From: a virus
DNA length: 47,077 nt
Direction: 5' to 3' (one strand)
IMG/VR virus record: IMGVR_UViG_3300048080_000070
Span: 1-47,077 of that record
Translations under genes and position numbers: made by a program
Notes under the pieces: model-generated
Told to the model about the DNA's origin: nothing
Databases searched by the model: none
The model's input: only the letters and a program-made list of their open reading frames with translations
Shown: piece after piece, positions 19,095-27,542 of the stretch
Numbering within the stretch: the first letter of the stretch is position 1
How the letters are laid out: each line of letters starts with the position of its first letter

Positions 19095-19967
19095 TCAGTT
19101 CTTGAACATCGAGCCGCGCCCGGACTTCGCCATCACGACGACTCGGGCATCGGAGACTCCGCCAGCGTTCACCTCGGTCCAGATGATCGCGGTCGGGTTG
19201 GGTGACAGGCCGGCGACGTTGCTAGCGATGGCGACTTTCTCGCCGGCTACGTCCAGCGCACCGCCGGTTCCAGTCGTGGCGATACTGAACGTCGCCCCGC
19301 CGATGGTCCCGATGATGTCAACGTCGTGGGTGCCGGCCATGCTGACTCCCGCAACCGCCCAATAGAGCGCGTTGTCCCACAGGCGGATCCGGTGGAGACC
19401 CATCGTCGTGCCGGACGTGCCGAGCGTGAAGGTCGCGTCCTCGGTCATGCCGCGGCCATCGGTGAATGGCCCGCCTGCGAAGGAAGCGCCCCGAAGCATC
19501 GTGCCGTGGACCACGCGCTCCGCGGTTCCAGAACCCGACGCACTCAGCGCCCCGCGATACTGCTTGGCGAGAACGTGACACTGGAACCAGATGCCCCCGC
19601 CCGTTGCCGTCTGGTCAATGAAGATGTGGGTGGGGAGCGGCGCGGACGGACTGTTGTGCAGGTTGGTCAGGACGACCCGGCTGGCCGTCAGCGGGCCGAT
19701 ACCAGCCACGCGGGCGATTGGCATCCCGGTGTATCCGGTAATGGCGTCGGTCTCAATGGTGACGGTCCATGAACCCCCAGTCGCCCCACCAGCGACGCTC
19801 ACGCCCTGCAACACGAACATGCAGTCGTCCCACATGAGCGTGCCGCGGAGCGGGTTGTTCTGGCGGGTGAATGTTCCCGCCGAAGAGTCTCCAGCGGTCA
19901 GGCGTACATCTGCGTTCTGGTTCGTGACGCCCCAGATTCTTGCTTGGACTGTCTTGTCAAACCCCAC
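19095..19967 (-). CDS. Two-domain 'IGGATF' family protein (290 aa)
   Basis: The C-terminal half carries DVDIIGTIGGATFSIATTG...NPTAIIW. The N-terminal half shows a weaker copy of the same pattern (WTVTIETDAITGYTG...LPTHIFID). Confidence 0.6.
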   Translation of the reverse strand: MGFDKTVQARIWGVTNQNADVRLTAGDSSAGTFTRQNNPLRGTLMWDDCMFVLQGVSVAGGATGGSWTVTIETDAITGYTGMPIARVAGIGPLTASRVVLTNLHNSPSAPLPTHIFIDQTATGGGIWFQCHVLAKQYRGALSASGSGTAERVVHGTMLRGASFAGGPFTDGRGMTEDATFTLGTSGTTMGLHRIRLWDNALYWAVAGVSMAGTHDVDIIGTIGGATFSIATTGTGGALDVAGEKVAIASNVAGLSPNPTAIIWTEVNAGGVSDARVVVMAKSGRGSMFKN

Positions 19968-20014
19968 GTCTCTACCTCCTGTTTACGGACCTCTTCGGCG
20001 TCCGCTGGCCGTGC

Positions 20015-20371
20015 TCAGAATTTCCTACCTGCTCCGCCACTACCGCCACGACGGTACTTGGTTGTAGCATCACGAACATCCGGCGGACCAATTACGCCAC
20101 GGAAAAGTCTGGCGTACTTTGGAATTGCCTCAACAGCCCTTGCCGCCAGCCGACCAGGTGAGTAAGGACTGGCCGCCATACTTGATCCACCACCGGATCG
20201 GCCACGCCTCGTCACCTCGATGATCTTCTCGCCCAACTTGTACCAATTAGTGTCCCGATAAGTGGCGAGATGTTTGCCCTCTCCACTTGCCTTGAGCGCC
20301 AAGTCGGTTGAACTTGGACTTCTTGCGGCCGGGTTGAACTTCCCTCTTCGTCCAGACAGATCATCTGCCAT
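20015..20371 (-). CDS. Hypothetical basic Gly-rich protein
   Basis: The internal ATG at 20371 is ATGA-coupled to the TerL stop. 118 aa. Confidence 0.45.
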   Translation of the reverse strand: MADDLSGRRGKFNPAARSPSSTDLALKASGEGKHLATYRDTNWYKLGEKIIEVTRRGRSGGGSSMAASPYSPGRLAARAVEAIPKYARLFRGVIGPPDVRDATTKYRRGGSGGAGRKF

Positions 20372-22152
20372 CAATGCACCATGACCGCCGGCAGCCCCGT
20401 GTACCTGGACACGAACTGTATCGGCGGACGCTCGTACTTCTCTTCGATCACCGGGATGGCGACCGGAACCCATCGGGACAGAACCTCATCGGCGTTCGCG
20501 TTCGCCATCATGTCGAGCGTGTCGCGCTTGACCGACGCGGGATACTCGTTCACCGTCGTTCTCAGAACAGAGAGTGCGGCCTTGTTGATCGTGCTCAGGT
20601 AGTACCAGTGGCCCATCTTGGCCTGGCCGGCCACGGTTGAAATGCGGTCGTTCTTGGCCCGCTTGCTCCACGACTTCGCGTCGATGAAGCGCGGCTGGTT
20701 CGTCGGGCGGGCCTCGCGTGGCGTGGACTTCCAGATCCGCTTCATGAACCCGACCATCGGCTTGTCGGCCTGCTGCTCGATGACGTAGAAGTGGGTGTGC
20801 CAGACGCGCATCATACGGAGGATTTCGTCGGCCCCTTCGTCGGACTCCATGTCGTTGCTGACGTTGAGGTCGAGGAGCACGTTGTCGATTTGACCAGCGA
20901 TTGAATATGAGTCAATGCAGCCGATGGCAGCATCAGCGCCCTCTTGGTGGTTGTCATCGCCTTTCCATGCCGGATCACAATACACGGCGCGAAACTTCGG
21001 GAGATTGCCGAACCGCTTGGCGAACTCTTCCGGGGTGAGCGGCTGGAAGAACTCCCACTGTAGGGCCTGCTCGCCGGTCAGGGTCGGGTCGAGTTGGTAC
21101 TGGAGATACCAGAATCGGTCGGTCCCGCGGCGGCGGATCTCGTTCGCCCGCTCCTTCGCCAACGCTTCAACGGATAGGCGCGGAATCGTCGGAAAGTTCG
21201 GCTTGTTGTCGTCGGTGAGCGCGGGCGTGCGGATGACGTAGTAGCGCGGGGTGCCGTCCTCATGCTTCTCCTCGATCATCGGCTTATAGAGGCTCTGGAT
21301 GTGGTAGGGCGTCCCCGCGACCCACTCGCGGGTCCAAGGCGGGGCGTTCAGCTGGCGCAACTGGTCGTAGCGGTCCTTCAAGTCCTCGCGGACGGATTCG
21401 GAATTGCGCGAGTCCTCCGCTTCCCAGTCGTCCAGCCCCTTGTAGTTGTAGCCCGATCCGGCTTTCCTGGATAGGGCGGCATCGGCATTCATGTTCTTCT
21501 CGTCGGCCATGAACTGGAGATCGCGGCACGGCCAGTTCCAGTGCCCCTTCTCGCCCCACTCGGCCAAGGGGATGGCGAAGTTGGCTGGCCCGCCTGTCAC
21601 GGTCTCGCAGCCGTCCCCGAAATGCTTGCGGATATATGGGTTGTGCCGGTTCATGTTCTTGATGGATTCGAGGGCGCCAGTGGCGCGGAACTCCAGGTTG
21701 TGCGAGTAGAGAAACAGGAGGTCGAGATCTTCGATGATCTTGTGCCGCTTCGGCAGCCAGTCGAAAGCCATCTTCAAGAAGAACGACTTGAGCCCCCGGC
21801 GCGGGTACTGGTGATGGATGCCGTCGTATTTGTCTAACTGGCCTGCCGCCATCAGCACAACGGTCTTTGCCACTTCGTCACGGTGCCGCGGCGGGTGCAG
21901 AAGCTTCCGGAACCGCGGCTGCTTGTACCAAGTCTGGAGCGCGTAGTGCCAGAACGGGTTATGCTCGACCGCAACGTCCGCCACGGGCCGGCCGACAATG
22001 TGCTGGAACACAATGCTATGGGGCTCCTTGCCGTACTTGGCGAGGAGTTCGGCCCCAAGCATGATGGAAAGGTCGCGCTCCACCGACACGGCGGCGGCGA
22101 GCAGCACGTTGGGGTCGATGTCAGGCGTTCTTGCGCTGGTCGTTTCCGTCAC
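20371..22152 (-). CDS. terL: Terminase large subunit
   Basis: 593 aa with a P-loop-like YPRRGLKS. The C-terminal half has RNaseH-like acidic motifs (AVYCDPAW and DTLDMMANA). It sits at the head of the structural operon. Confidence 0.7.
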   Translation of the reverse strand: MTETTSARTPDIDPNVLLAAAVSVERDLSIMLGAELLAKYGKEPHSIVFQHIVGRPVADVAVEHNPFWHYALQTWYKQPRFRKLLHPPRHRDEVAKTVVLMAAGQLDKYDGIHHQYPRRGLKSFFLKMAFDWLPKRHKIIEDLDLLFLYSHNLEFRATGALESIKNMNRHNPYIRKHFGDGCETVTGGPANFAIPLAEWGEKGHWNWPCRDLQFMADEKNMNADAALSRKAGSGYNYKGLDDWEAEDSRNSESVREDLKDRYDQLRQLNAPPWTREWVAGTPYHIQSLYKPMIEEKHEDGTPRYYVIRTPALTDDNKPNFPTIPRLSVEALAKERANEIRRRGTDRFWYLQYQLDPTLTGEQALQWEFFQPLTPEEFAKRFGNLPKFRAVYCDPAWKGDDNHQEGADAAIGCIDSYSIAGQIDNVLLDLNVSNDMESDEGADEILRMMRVWHTHFYVIEQQADKPMVGFMKRIWKSTPREARPTNQPRFIDAKSWSKRAKNDRISTVAGQAKMGHWYYLSTINKAALSVLRTTVNEYPASVKRDTLDMMANANADEVLSRWVPVAIPVIEEKYERPPIQFVSRYTGLPAVMVH

Positions 22153-22282
22153 CGTTGGTGGCTATCACGAATGGCTGCAACGCGAAGTTGAGTTTCCGGC
22201 ACATCATCCGTCGAAGGTCGGGTGTGTCGCCGTGGAGGGATGCGGCGGCGATGGCCTCCAGCAAGACCTCCTCTGGTGTCAT
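22121..22282 (-). CDS. Hypothetical 53-aa protein
   Basis: MTPEEVLLEAIAAASLHGD... ATGA-coupled to the upstream stop. It overlaps the TerL start by 32 nt and is below the ORF-track cutoff as a separate gene. Confidence 0.3.
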   Translation of the reverse strand: MTPEEVLLEAIAAASLHGDTPDLRRMMCRKLNFALQPFVIATNGDGNDQRKNA

Positions 22283-23001
22283 CAATGCTCGGTTTCCTCC
22301 GTGGCGCTGCCGGGCGCGAGCGCAATGGCGTCCTGCGTGGCGAGAATGGACGCGGCTGCCTCTTCCATGATGGCCTCGCGGGCGCTGTCCTTCTGCTCGG
22401 ATGGCAGCCCGAAGCCCTTGACGGCCTGAGCCACCATGCGGAAGCATTGGCGGAAGGCCTGGGCGGTGATGGGCTCGCCCTGCCACGGCTGGCTGTCCAG
22501 GTGGGCGCGCATCTGGCCGGCGATGCCACGACGACCGAGCGCGAACAGGTCGTTGAGGGACGCGATGGCCTCGCGGGCCTCCTGGCGGACACCCTCGACG
22601 GCGGCCTTAGCCTCCTGTTTGAGGGCCTTGATGTCGAAGGTCAGCTTGGCCTGAGCCTGCTTGATCTCCTGTTCACGGCGGCCAGCATCGTTGAGGGCAG
22701 AGTTACAGGTGGCCTGCTTGCGCTTGTAGGCTTCCGTGGCACGCCGGAGATACTGGGCCCCGGCGTTGGTCTGTCGTGGCGGAATTGGGATAGAGGCAAG
22801 AAGTGATAGCTCCTGTCTGTACGAGGGTAGTGGGTAGGTTTTGCCGAAATCCTCGGCGCGGAAACCCTCGGGCAGCAGGAGCCATACCTTGCCAACGCGG
22901 GCGGACTCAACGTCCAGGCGCAGGGACTCTATGGTGTGGCGCGAGGGGCTTGGCTTTGGCGGCGCTTCCTCACCCATAGGCATTTTGTCACCCATGACCA
23001 T
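22282..23001 (-). CDS. First gene of the leftward operon, a coiled-coil protein (small terminase candidate by position only)
   Basis: I trimmed ORF 22282..23325 to the ATG cluster at 23001/22995/22983, because the upstream part overlaps the promoter region. Confidence 0.45.
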   Translation of the reverse strand: MVMGDKMPMGEEAPPKPSPSRHTIESLRLDVESARVGKVWLLLPEGFRAEDFGKTYPLPSYRQELSLLASIPIPPRQTNAGAQYLRRATEAYKRKQATCNSALNDAGRREQEIKQAQAKLTFDIKALKQEAKAAVEGVRQEAREAIASLNDLFALGRRGIAGQMRAHLDSQPWQGEPITAQAFRQCFRMVAQAVKGFGLPSEQKDSAREAIMEEAAASILATQDAIALAPGSATEETEH

Positions 23002-23032
23002 GCATACTACCACAAGCGCATAGTCACTGTGA

Positions 23033-23060
23033 AGTATAACGCATATCTGACATCTTGCAA
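23033..23060 (-). promoter_or_regulatory. Sigma70-like promoter for the leftward structural operon (TTGCAA-N16-TATACT)
   Basis: Read on the minus strand: -35 at 23060-23055 and -10 at 23038-23033. It lies in an AT-richer divergent intergenic region. Confidence 0.5.
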
Positions 23061-23071
23061 GTCGTATATGC
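23041..23071. promoter_or_regulatory. Imperfect 31-bp palindrome (GCATATCTGAC-N9-GTCGTATATGC), operator candidate
   Basis: The arms match at 9 of 11 positions. The palindrome is centred on the -35 of the leftward promoter and lies next to the HTH gene. Confidence 0.4.
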
Positions 23072-23089
23072 GAATGGTCAGTCGCTACC

Positions 23090-23118
23090 TTGACGTTCCG
23101 TTGCGAATGGCGTACACT
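23090..23118 (+). promoter_or_regulatory. Sigma70-like promoter for the rightward HTH and glycosylation operon (TTGACG-N17-TACACT)
   Basis: Hexamers and spacing were read directly from the sequence. It lies about 25 nt upstream of the GTG at 23144. Confidence 0.5.
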
Positions 23119-23143
23119 TGGTTGCGTGGGCGGAGAGTTGGAC

Positions 23144-23338
23144 GTGCTGGTGAGGCGGATCGAGGCGGCCAGGCTTGAGCGGTTGCTATCCAAGACCGCC
23201 CTTGCCGCGCTCGCCGGGGTCAGCCGACAGAGGGTAAGCGAGTTGCTGAATGGCCGGAACAGGTCGCTATCCACGCTGCGGGCGCTGAAATTCGTGCTGT
23301 GGCCACCGGAGGAATTGAAACCCAATGCCCCGCGTTGA
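23144..23338 (+). CDS. XRE/Cro-like helix-turn-helix transcriptional regulator
   Basis: RIEAARLERLLSKTALAALAGVSRQRVSELLNGRNRSLSTL fits an HTH_XRE pattern. A GTG start at 23144 is preferred over the ORF-track start at 23090. Confidence 0.6.
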   Translation: MLVRRIEAARLERLLSKTALAALAGVSRQRVSELLNGRNRSLSTLRALKFVLWPPEELKPNAPR

Positions 23339-24074
23339 GCGCAACGCCGAAGTCACGCTGGTCGTACTCGTCTACCGCTCTCTGCGGTGGCTTGACTGGT
23401 GCATGGAGGGGGTCGATTCAATTAGAACCGACACGCGGTATCGGTGGCTAGTCGTGGCGAACGACGCGACCGAGGAGGTTCGGGCCGACCCGCGCATCTC
23501 GGTGGACTTCCGCAACGATGACCCCGGCGAGTTCTACATCAATCGCGTGTATCGAGCCTGGAACGAGGGTGTCCTGAACGCGCCGACACCGTGGGTCGTA
23601 ATGCTCAACTCCGACATGTTTGGAAGCGACGGGTGGATCGACGAACTCATGGATGTGAAATGCAAGACGCCAAAACTCGTGCCGACTTCTCTGCTTATCG
23701 AGTCTGGCCGCCTGCCGTCTGGGATGCCAGAATACGTCAGGGATTTCGGCAAGAACCCCGACGAGTTCAAGGCAGATGAGTTCAAGGCTCACGCCGCGTC
23801 CATCGCCAAGCCTGCCATACGGCAGGAAGGGATGGGGGCGATGGGAGTCGGGACGCTTGTATTCCCGCAGACGGAACCAGGCCGCCTCTACATGCCCATC
23901 CTCGTAGACCGCCAGGAGTTCATGGACGTGGGCGGCTACCCGGAGGGCAATCCACCGGGCACGACCGGCGACAAGGATCTCGTCCGGCGGTATGCGGAGG
24001 CCGGATTCACACACGTCACGGCGCTGGGGAGCGTGGTCTATCATTGTCAAATCGGTGAGCAGACATGGCCCTGA
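23325..24074 (+). CDS. GT-A fold (family-2-like) glycosyltransferase
   Basis: Motifs: VTLVVLVYRS, VVANDAT, YRAWNEGV, VVMLNSDMF and DKDLVRRYAEAGF. Confidence 0.6.
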   Translation: MPRVERNAEVTLVVLVYRSLRWLDWCMEGVDSIRTDTRYRWLVVANDATEEVRADPRISVDFRNDDPGEFYINRVYRAWNEGVLNAPTPWVVMLNSDMFGSDGWIDELMDVKCKTPKLVPTSLLIESGRLPSGMPEYVRDFGKNPDEFKADEFKAHAASIAKPAIRQEGMGAMGVGTLVFPQTEPGRLYMPILVDRQEFMDVGGYPEGNPPGTTGDKDLVRRYAEAGFTHVTALGSVVYHCQIGEQTWP

Positions 24075-24667
24075 CGGACTGCGGCTTCGCCCACGACACG
24101 TCGATAGACTACGAGGCCATTGGCACAATTCTTGGTCACTGTGAGTCCTTGGCCTATGTTGGTGCCCTGTGCGCCTATGAGGCCGGCGTATTGGCGGATC
24201 GGTTGTCGTGCAAATACACAACCGTCATCGAGGCCAGTCCATACAACTTCTCCAGCGTTACATTGTCTGGGCCGTGTAGGCAGAAGAACTCCGTTGCACT
24301 ATGCGCGATCATCTCCGACACCAACGGACTTGGCAGGCTCTACATCACAGAGCATCCGTTTGCGTGCAGCGTTGTACCATTAAGCACCAATTCGGTGCGA
24401 GTCCCCATGCTGCGGCTGGACACCCTGTTGAAAGACCGCCCCCCGGAGTTCCTGGTCATCGATGCGGAGGGAGCGGCCTTGGCGGTTCTGCGCGGAGCGG
24501 CCGGGATAGCCAATAGTATCCGAGCCGTTCTGGTCGAGACCGAGGACGACGCCCACCGCATCGGCGATGTGCGCGATGATGTCTTTACCTATCTGAGGAA
24601 TGGCGGTTATGCTGTGCGGCACGATCCTGGCGGAAAACAAACAAACTCCCTGTGGGTTCGGCCCTGA
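24065..24667 (+). CDS. FkbM-family SAM-dependent methyltransferase
   Basis: EFLVIDAEGAALAVLRGAAGI...AVLVETE, plus an upstream YVGALCAYEAG motif, is typical of Methyltransf_21/FkbM. Confidence 0.6.
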   Translation: MALTDCGFAHDTSIDYEAIGTILGHCESLAYVGALCAYEAGVLADRLSCKYTTVIEASPYNFSSVTLSGPCRQKNSVALCAIISDTNGLGRLYITEHPFACSVVPLSTNSVRVPMLRLDTLLKDRPPEFLVIDAEGAALAVLRGAAGIANSIRAVLVETEDDAHRIGDVRDDVFTYLRNGGYAVRHDPGGKQTNSLWVRP

Positions 24668-25572
24668 TGGGCACGGTTATAGCCATGACCGTTCACGACC
24701 GCACCGACGAGGTCTTGGACGCCGTATTCGCGGGAATCAGCCTTCCAGGCAACAGACCCGACAGGATAGTGGTGTGCTTCGACCGGGCGCGCCAAGAGAC
24801 AATAGCCAAGACACAGAAGAATTGCCACACTCTCAATATCCCACTTGACTACACGGTCCTCGATGACCCGGCCATCGGGCCACGCTGCCCGTCAATGGCC
24901 TGGAACAGGGCGCTCGGTCTCGTCACGGAAGATTACGCCTTCTGCATTTCATCTGATGTTATTTTGGGGCCGCACAGCGTTGGAATGGCTTATCACCTCG
25001 TCAAGGAACGTCCGGAAAGCATCGTTTGCGGCAAGGCGGATCACTGTGGCAGTTCATACGTTTGGCAATGGCTTCTAGCCAACGGAGAAAAGGTAACACA
25101 CAGAACGATGACCTGCTCTATTGCGGGCAGACCGCTCGGCTTCGACTGGCTCCTTCCCATGAAACTTGTCCGAGAAATCGGAGGATATGACGAAGCCTTC
25201 ATGAACGGACTGTGCTATGAAGATGACGATTTCACAATTCGCATGTGGCGGGCGGGGGCCGACATCATCTTCTGTGACGATGTTTCCGGGATTCACTTGG
25301 AACACAAACGGGATCACCTGAAAGACGCCGACGGCAGGGTGGCCCATAACGAAAGGTTGTTTAAGGATCGCCACGGGGACATAAACTATCTCAGGGATGC
25401 CAAGTTCCAGAGATATATATGGAAAGATCCGAATGTGCCGGGGTTGAGCGTTTGGTTCCATGTTGAAGACCCAAACACCCCACAGAAGCTCGCCACTGCC
25501 CAGCAACTCTATGGGGTTGATCAGCCATGGAGGGCGATAATTCCCCACGATCCGGCGGAGATTAAGCCATGA
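24667..25572 (+). CDS. GT-A fold glycosyltransferase (paralog of 29141-29923)
   Basis: Motifs AWNRALGL...FCISSDVIL and GGYDEAFMNGLCYEDDDFTIRMWRAGADI. The ATG at 24667 overlaps the upstream TGA. Confidence 0.65.
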   Translation: MGTVIAMTVHDRTDEVLDAVFAGISLPGNRPDRIVVCFDRARQETIAKTQKNCHTLNIPLDYTVLDDPAIGPRCPSMAWNRALGLVTEDYAFCISSDVILGPHSVGMAYHLVKERPESIVCGKADHCGSSYVWQWLLANGEKVTHRTMTCSIAGRPLGFDWLLPMKLVREIGGYDEAFMNGLCYEDDDFTIRMWRAGADIIFCDDVSGIHLEHKRDHLKDADGRVAHNERLFKDRHGDINYLRDAKFQRYIWKDPNVPGLSVWFHVEDPNTPQKLATAQQLYGVDQPWRAIIPHDPAEIKP

Positions 25573-25742
25573 GCCGCGTAATGTTCTACTGTCCAGTCTG
25601 TGGGCGCACCATACTCCACACATACCCAAATTATTACGAGCCGAATACAATTTGCAACTGCGCTTTCCCTGTGCAAGTGACCGGGATGGTCAAAGTGCCA
25701 ATGTCAGACCCGGTGCCCTTGGGAAACCTGAAAATAACATGA
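25569..25742 (+). CDS. 57-aa Zn-ribbon mini-protein
   Basis: MSRVMFYCPVCGRT...ICNCAF. ATGA-coupled at both ends. Below the ORF-track cutoff. Confidence 0.5.
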   Translation: MSRVMFYCPVCGRTILHTYPNYYEPNTICNCAFPVQVTGMVKVPMSDPVPLGNLKIT

Positions 25743-26731
25743 GACGCCTCCTCGTGAACGATCAACTCTCCGCGCTGCCGGATCACCGGACGTTCTGGCA
25801 CGATCTGATGGAGTGGTTTGACATGGAATTCGCCGGAGCAGACTTCGGTGGACTTGTCAAAGAAGCCGATGAGCGTATCGATTTCTTCCTTCAAGACGGC
25901 TACGCTGGAGATGACATCCCTCGGTTGATTATCCGCAACGCAACGTGGTTCGGGCCGCTCAAGGCGAGCGCAACCGTCCCGACCATCTCGCTCTTGCAGG
26001 ACATTATCACCGAGGGGCCGCAGCGCCACATGCAGTTGGCTGTTATCGCTTCATCCAAAGCGACGGTGTTTAACTCCATCTTCACGGCCGACAAATACAT
26101 ACCACACCCGGAGGACGAGTCCACAACACTCGACATGCCACACAGAGTCATCCCGCTCCCCGTTGACTTCACCCTCTTCGAGCCAGGCAACGCGATGGGC
26201 CTGCAACAGTCGCTCTCGCTTCCCGACGGCTGCGTCTGCTGGATTGGAGCGTCGGTTGGGGCCGCCGGGGCCGTCAAGGGGTGGGACATCTTCGTGCGGA
26301 TTGCCAGGCTCAACCCGGACATTCCATTCGTGGGGGTGTTCAAGGATGCTGCGCCGGAGTACGGGCCGCCCAACCTGCGGACGTTCGTGAGGGCCACCCA
26401 CGAGGAGTTGGTCAAGGTCATCGGGGCTTGTCGCGTCGGACTCTGTACCTCACGCATGGAGTCGCAGCACCTCGCCGGCATCGAGATGGGGGCGTGTGGG
26501 CTCCCGATGGTCGCGCCGCCCGTGGGGTGCTATTGGAAGCGGGAGGACATGCCGGGCATTCTGGTTGGCGAGCCCACGCCGGAGTCCTATGCCACCGCAC
26601 TCCGGGCCATGCTCAAGCAGCCGGGCGACCCGCAGGCGATACGGGAGTATTGGCAACGGGAGTATGACAAGCCTGTTATAAGAGCGGCGTGGACGACACT
26701 TATCGAGGAGGTCGAGTGCTCTGGTCGATAA
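25739..26731 (+). CDS. GT-B fold (group-1/GT4-like) glycosyltransferase
   Basis: KGWDIFVRIA and ESQHLAGIEMGACGLPMVAP form an EX7E-type motif. I used the internal ATG at 25739 of ORF 25652..26731. Confidence 0.65.
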   Translation: MRRLLVNDQLSALPDHRTFWHDLMEWFDMEFAGADFGGLVKEADERIDFFLQDGYAGDDIPRLIIRNATWFGPLKASATVPTISLLQDIITEGPQRHMQLAVIASSKATVFNSIFTADKYIPHPEDESTTLDMPHRVIPLPVDFTLFEPGNAMGLQQSLSLPDGCVCWIGASVGAAGAVKGWDIFVRIARLNPDIPFVGVFKDAAPEYGPPNLRTFVRATHEELVKVIGACRVGLCTSRMESQHLAGIEMGACGLPMVAPPVGCYWKREDMPGILVGEPTPESYATALRAMLKQPGDPQAIREYWQREYDKPVIRAAWTTLIEEVECSGR

Positions 26732-27342
26732 TGATCGCCGCGATTCCAGAGAGGTTTCATTCCGTCCAGCCACTACTCTATTCGCTCTTGGAGGCGCAGT
26801 CCGTGGCGCGGATGCCAGACGTTGAACTGCTCTACTTCATGGATAGCCGCAAGCGGCCGGTTGGGGCGAAGCGGAACGATCTGCTGGCGATGGCCCGTGG
26901 CGAGTACGTCTCGTTCATCGACGACGACGACGAGGTGGCGAGCGACTATGTGCGCCGCATCCACGACACCATCGTATCGGCCAGGAAGTCCGATCCGCGG
27001 GCCGACGTGATCTGCTTCCCGCAGCGGGCCACGCTCAAGCCCCACGGCGTCACGCACGAATGTACCTACTCGCTGGCGCATTGGCGGGACCGGAAGCCGG
27101 AGGAGCGACGGCAACTCGCGCATGGCTCGGACGCCAATACGCTGCTGTGGAGCGGCCCGCCGGCCCACACGATGGCATGGAGACGCGAGACTATCGGTGA
27201 CACGCGGTTCCCCAACAAGACCTTCGGCGAGGATGTGGATTGGGTGAACGCGGTATGCGCCAAGGCCACGACGGAGATTGTGCTGACAGGCGCGCCGCTA
27301 TACTTCTACAAGTTCGATGAAGAGAGGACGGCGACACGATGA
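26731..27342 (+). CDS. GT-A fold glycosyltransferase
   Basis: MIAAIPERF..., GEYVSFIDDDDEV (DxD motif) and GEDVDW. The start overlaps the upstream stop (TAATG). Confidence 0.65.
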   Translation: MIAAIPERFHSVQPLLYSLLEAQSVARMPDVELLYFMDSRKRPVGAKRNDLLAMARGEYVSFIDDDDEVASDYVRRIHDTIVSARKSDPRADVICFPQRATLKPHGVTHECTYSLAHWRDRKPEERRQLAHGSDANTLLWSGPPAHTMAWRRETIGDTRFPNKTFGEDVDWVNAVCAKATTEIVLTGAPLYFYKFDEERTATR

Positions 27343-27542
27343 AACCAAAGTATTGTTCCATGTGCGGCCACGAAACGGTCTTACAACCGAGCGGAACGTT
27401 CAATTCTCAAACCGGCGAACCGGACAGCTGGGCGTATTGTAATAACCCGGGCTGTGAAGCGTTTAGAGCATCGCGGTCTGCAAATAGCGTGTTCGGGGCG
27501 GTGGGCGATTTCTTTCGTTCATTCAGGACGCCGATGCGATGA
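27339..27542 (+). CDS. 67-aa Zn-ribbon mini-protein
   Basis: CSMCG...CNNPGC. ATGA-coupled at both ends. Confidence 0.55.
   Translation: MKPKYCSMCGHETVLQPSGTFNSQTGEPDSWAYCNNPGCEAFRASRSANSVFGAVGDFFRSFRTPMR

Noticed and set aside
22984-23325. N-terminal 108-115 residues of ORF 22282..23325
   Set aside because: This part overlaps the divergent promoter/operator region and the HTH gene on the other strand. A cluster of ATGs at 23001-22977 lies just downstream of the predicted leftward promoter, so I trimmed the gene.
23144-23338. A temperate lifestyle inferred from the HTH regulator
   Set aside because: I recognised no integrase, excisionase, partition or CI-like repressor gene. A single Cro-like HTH is insufficient evidence.
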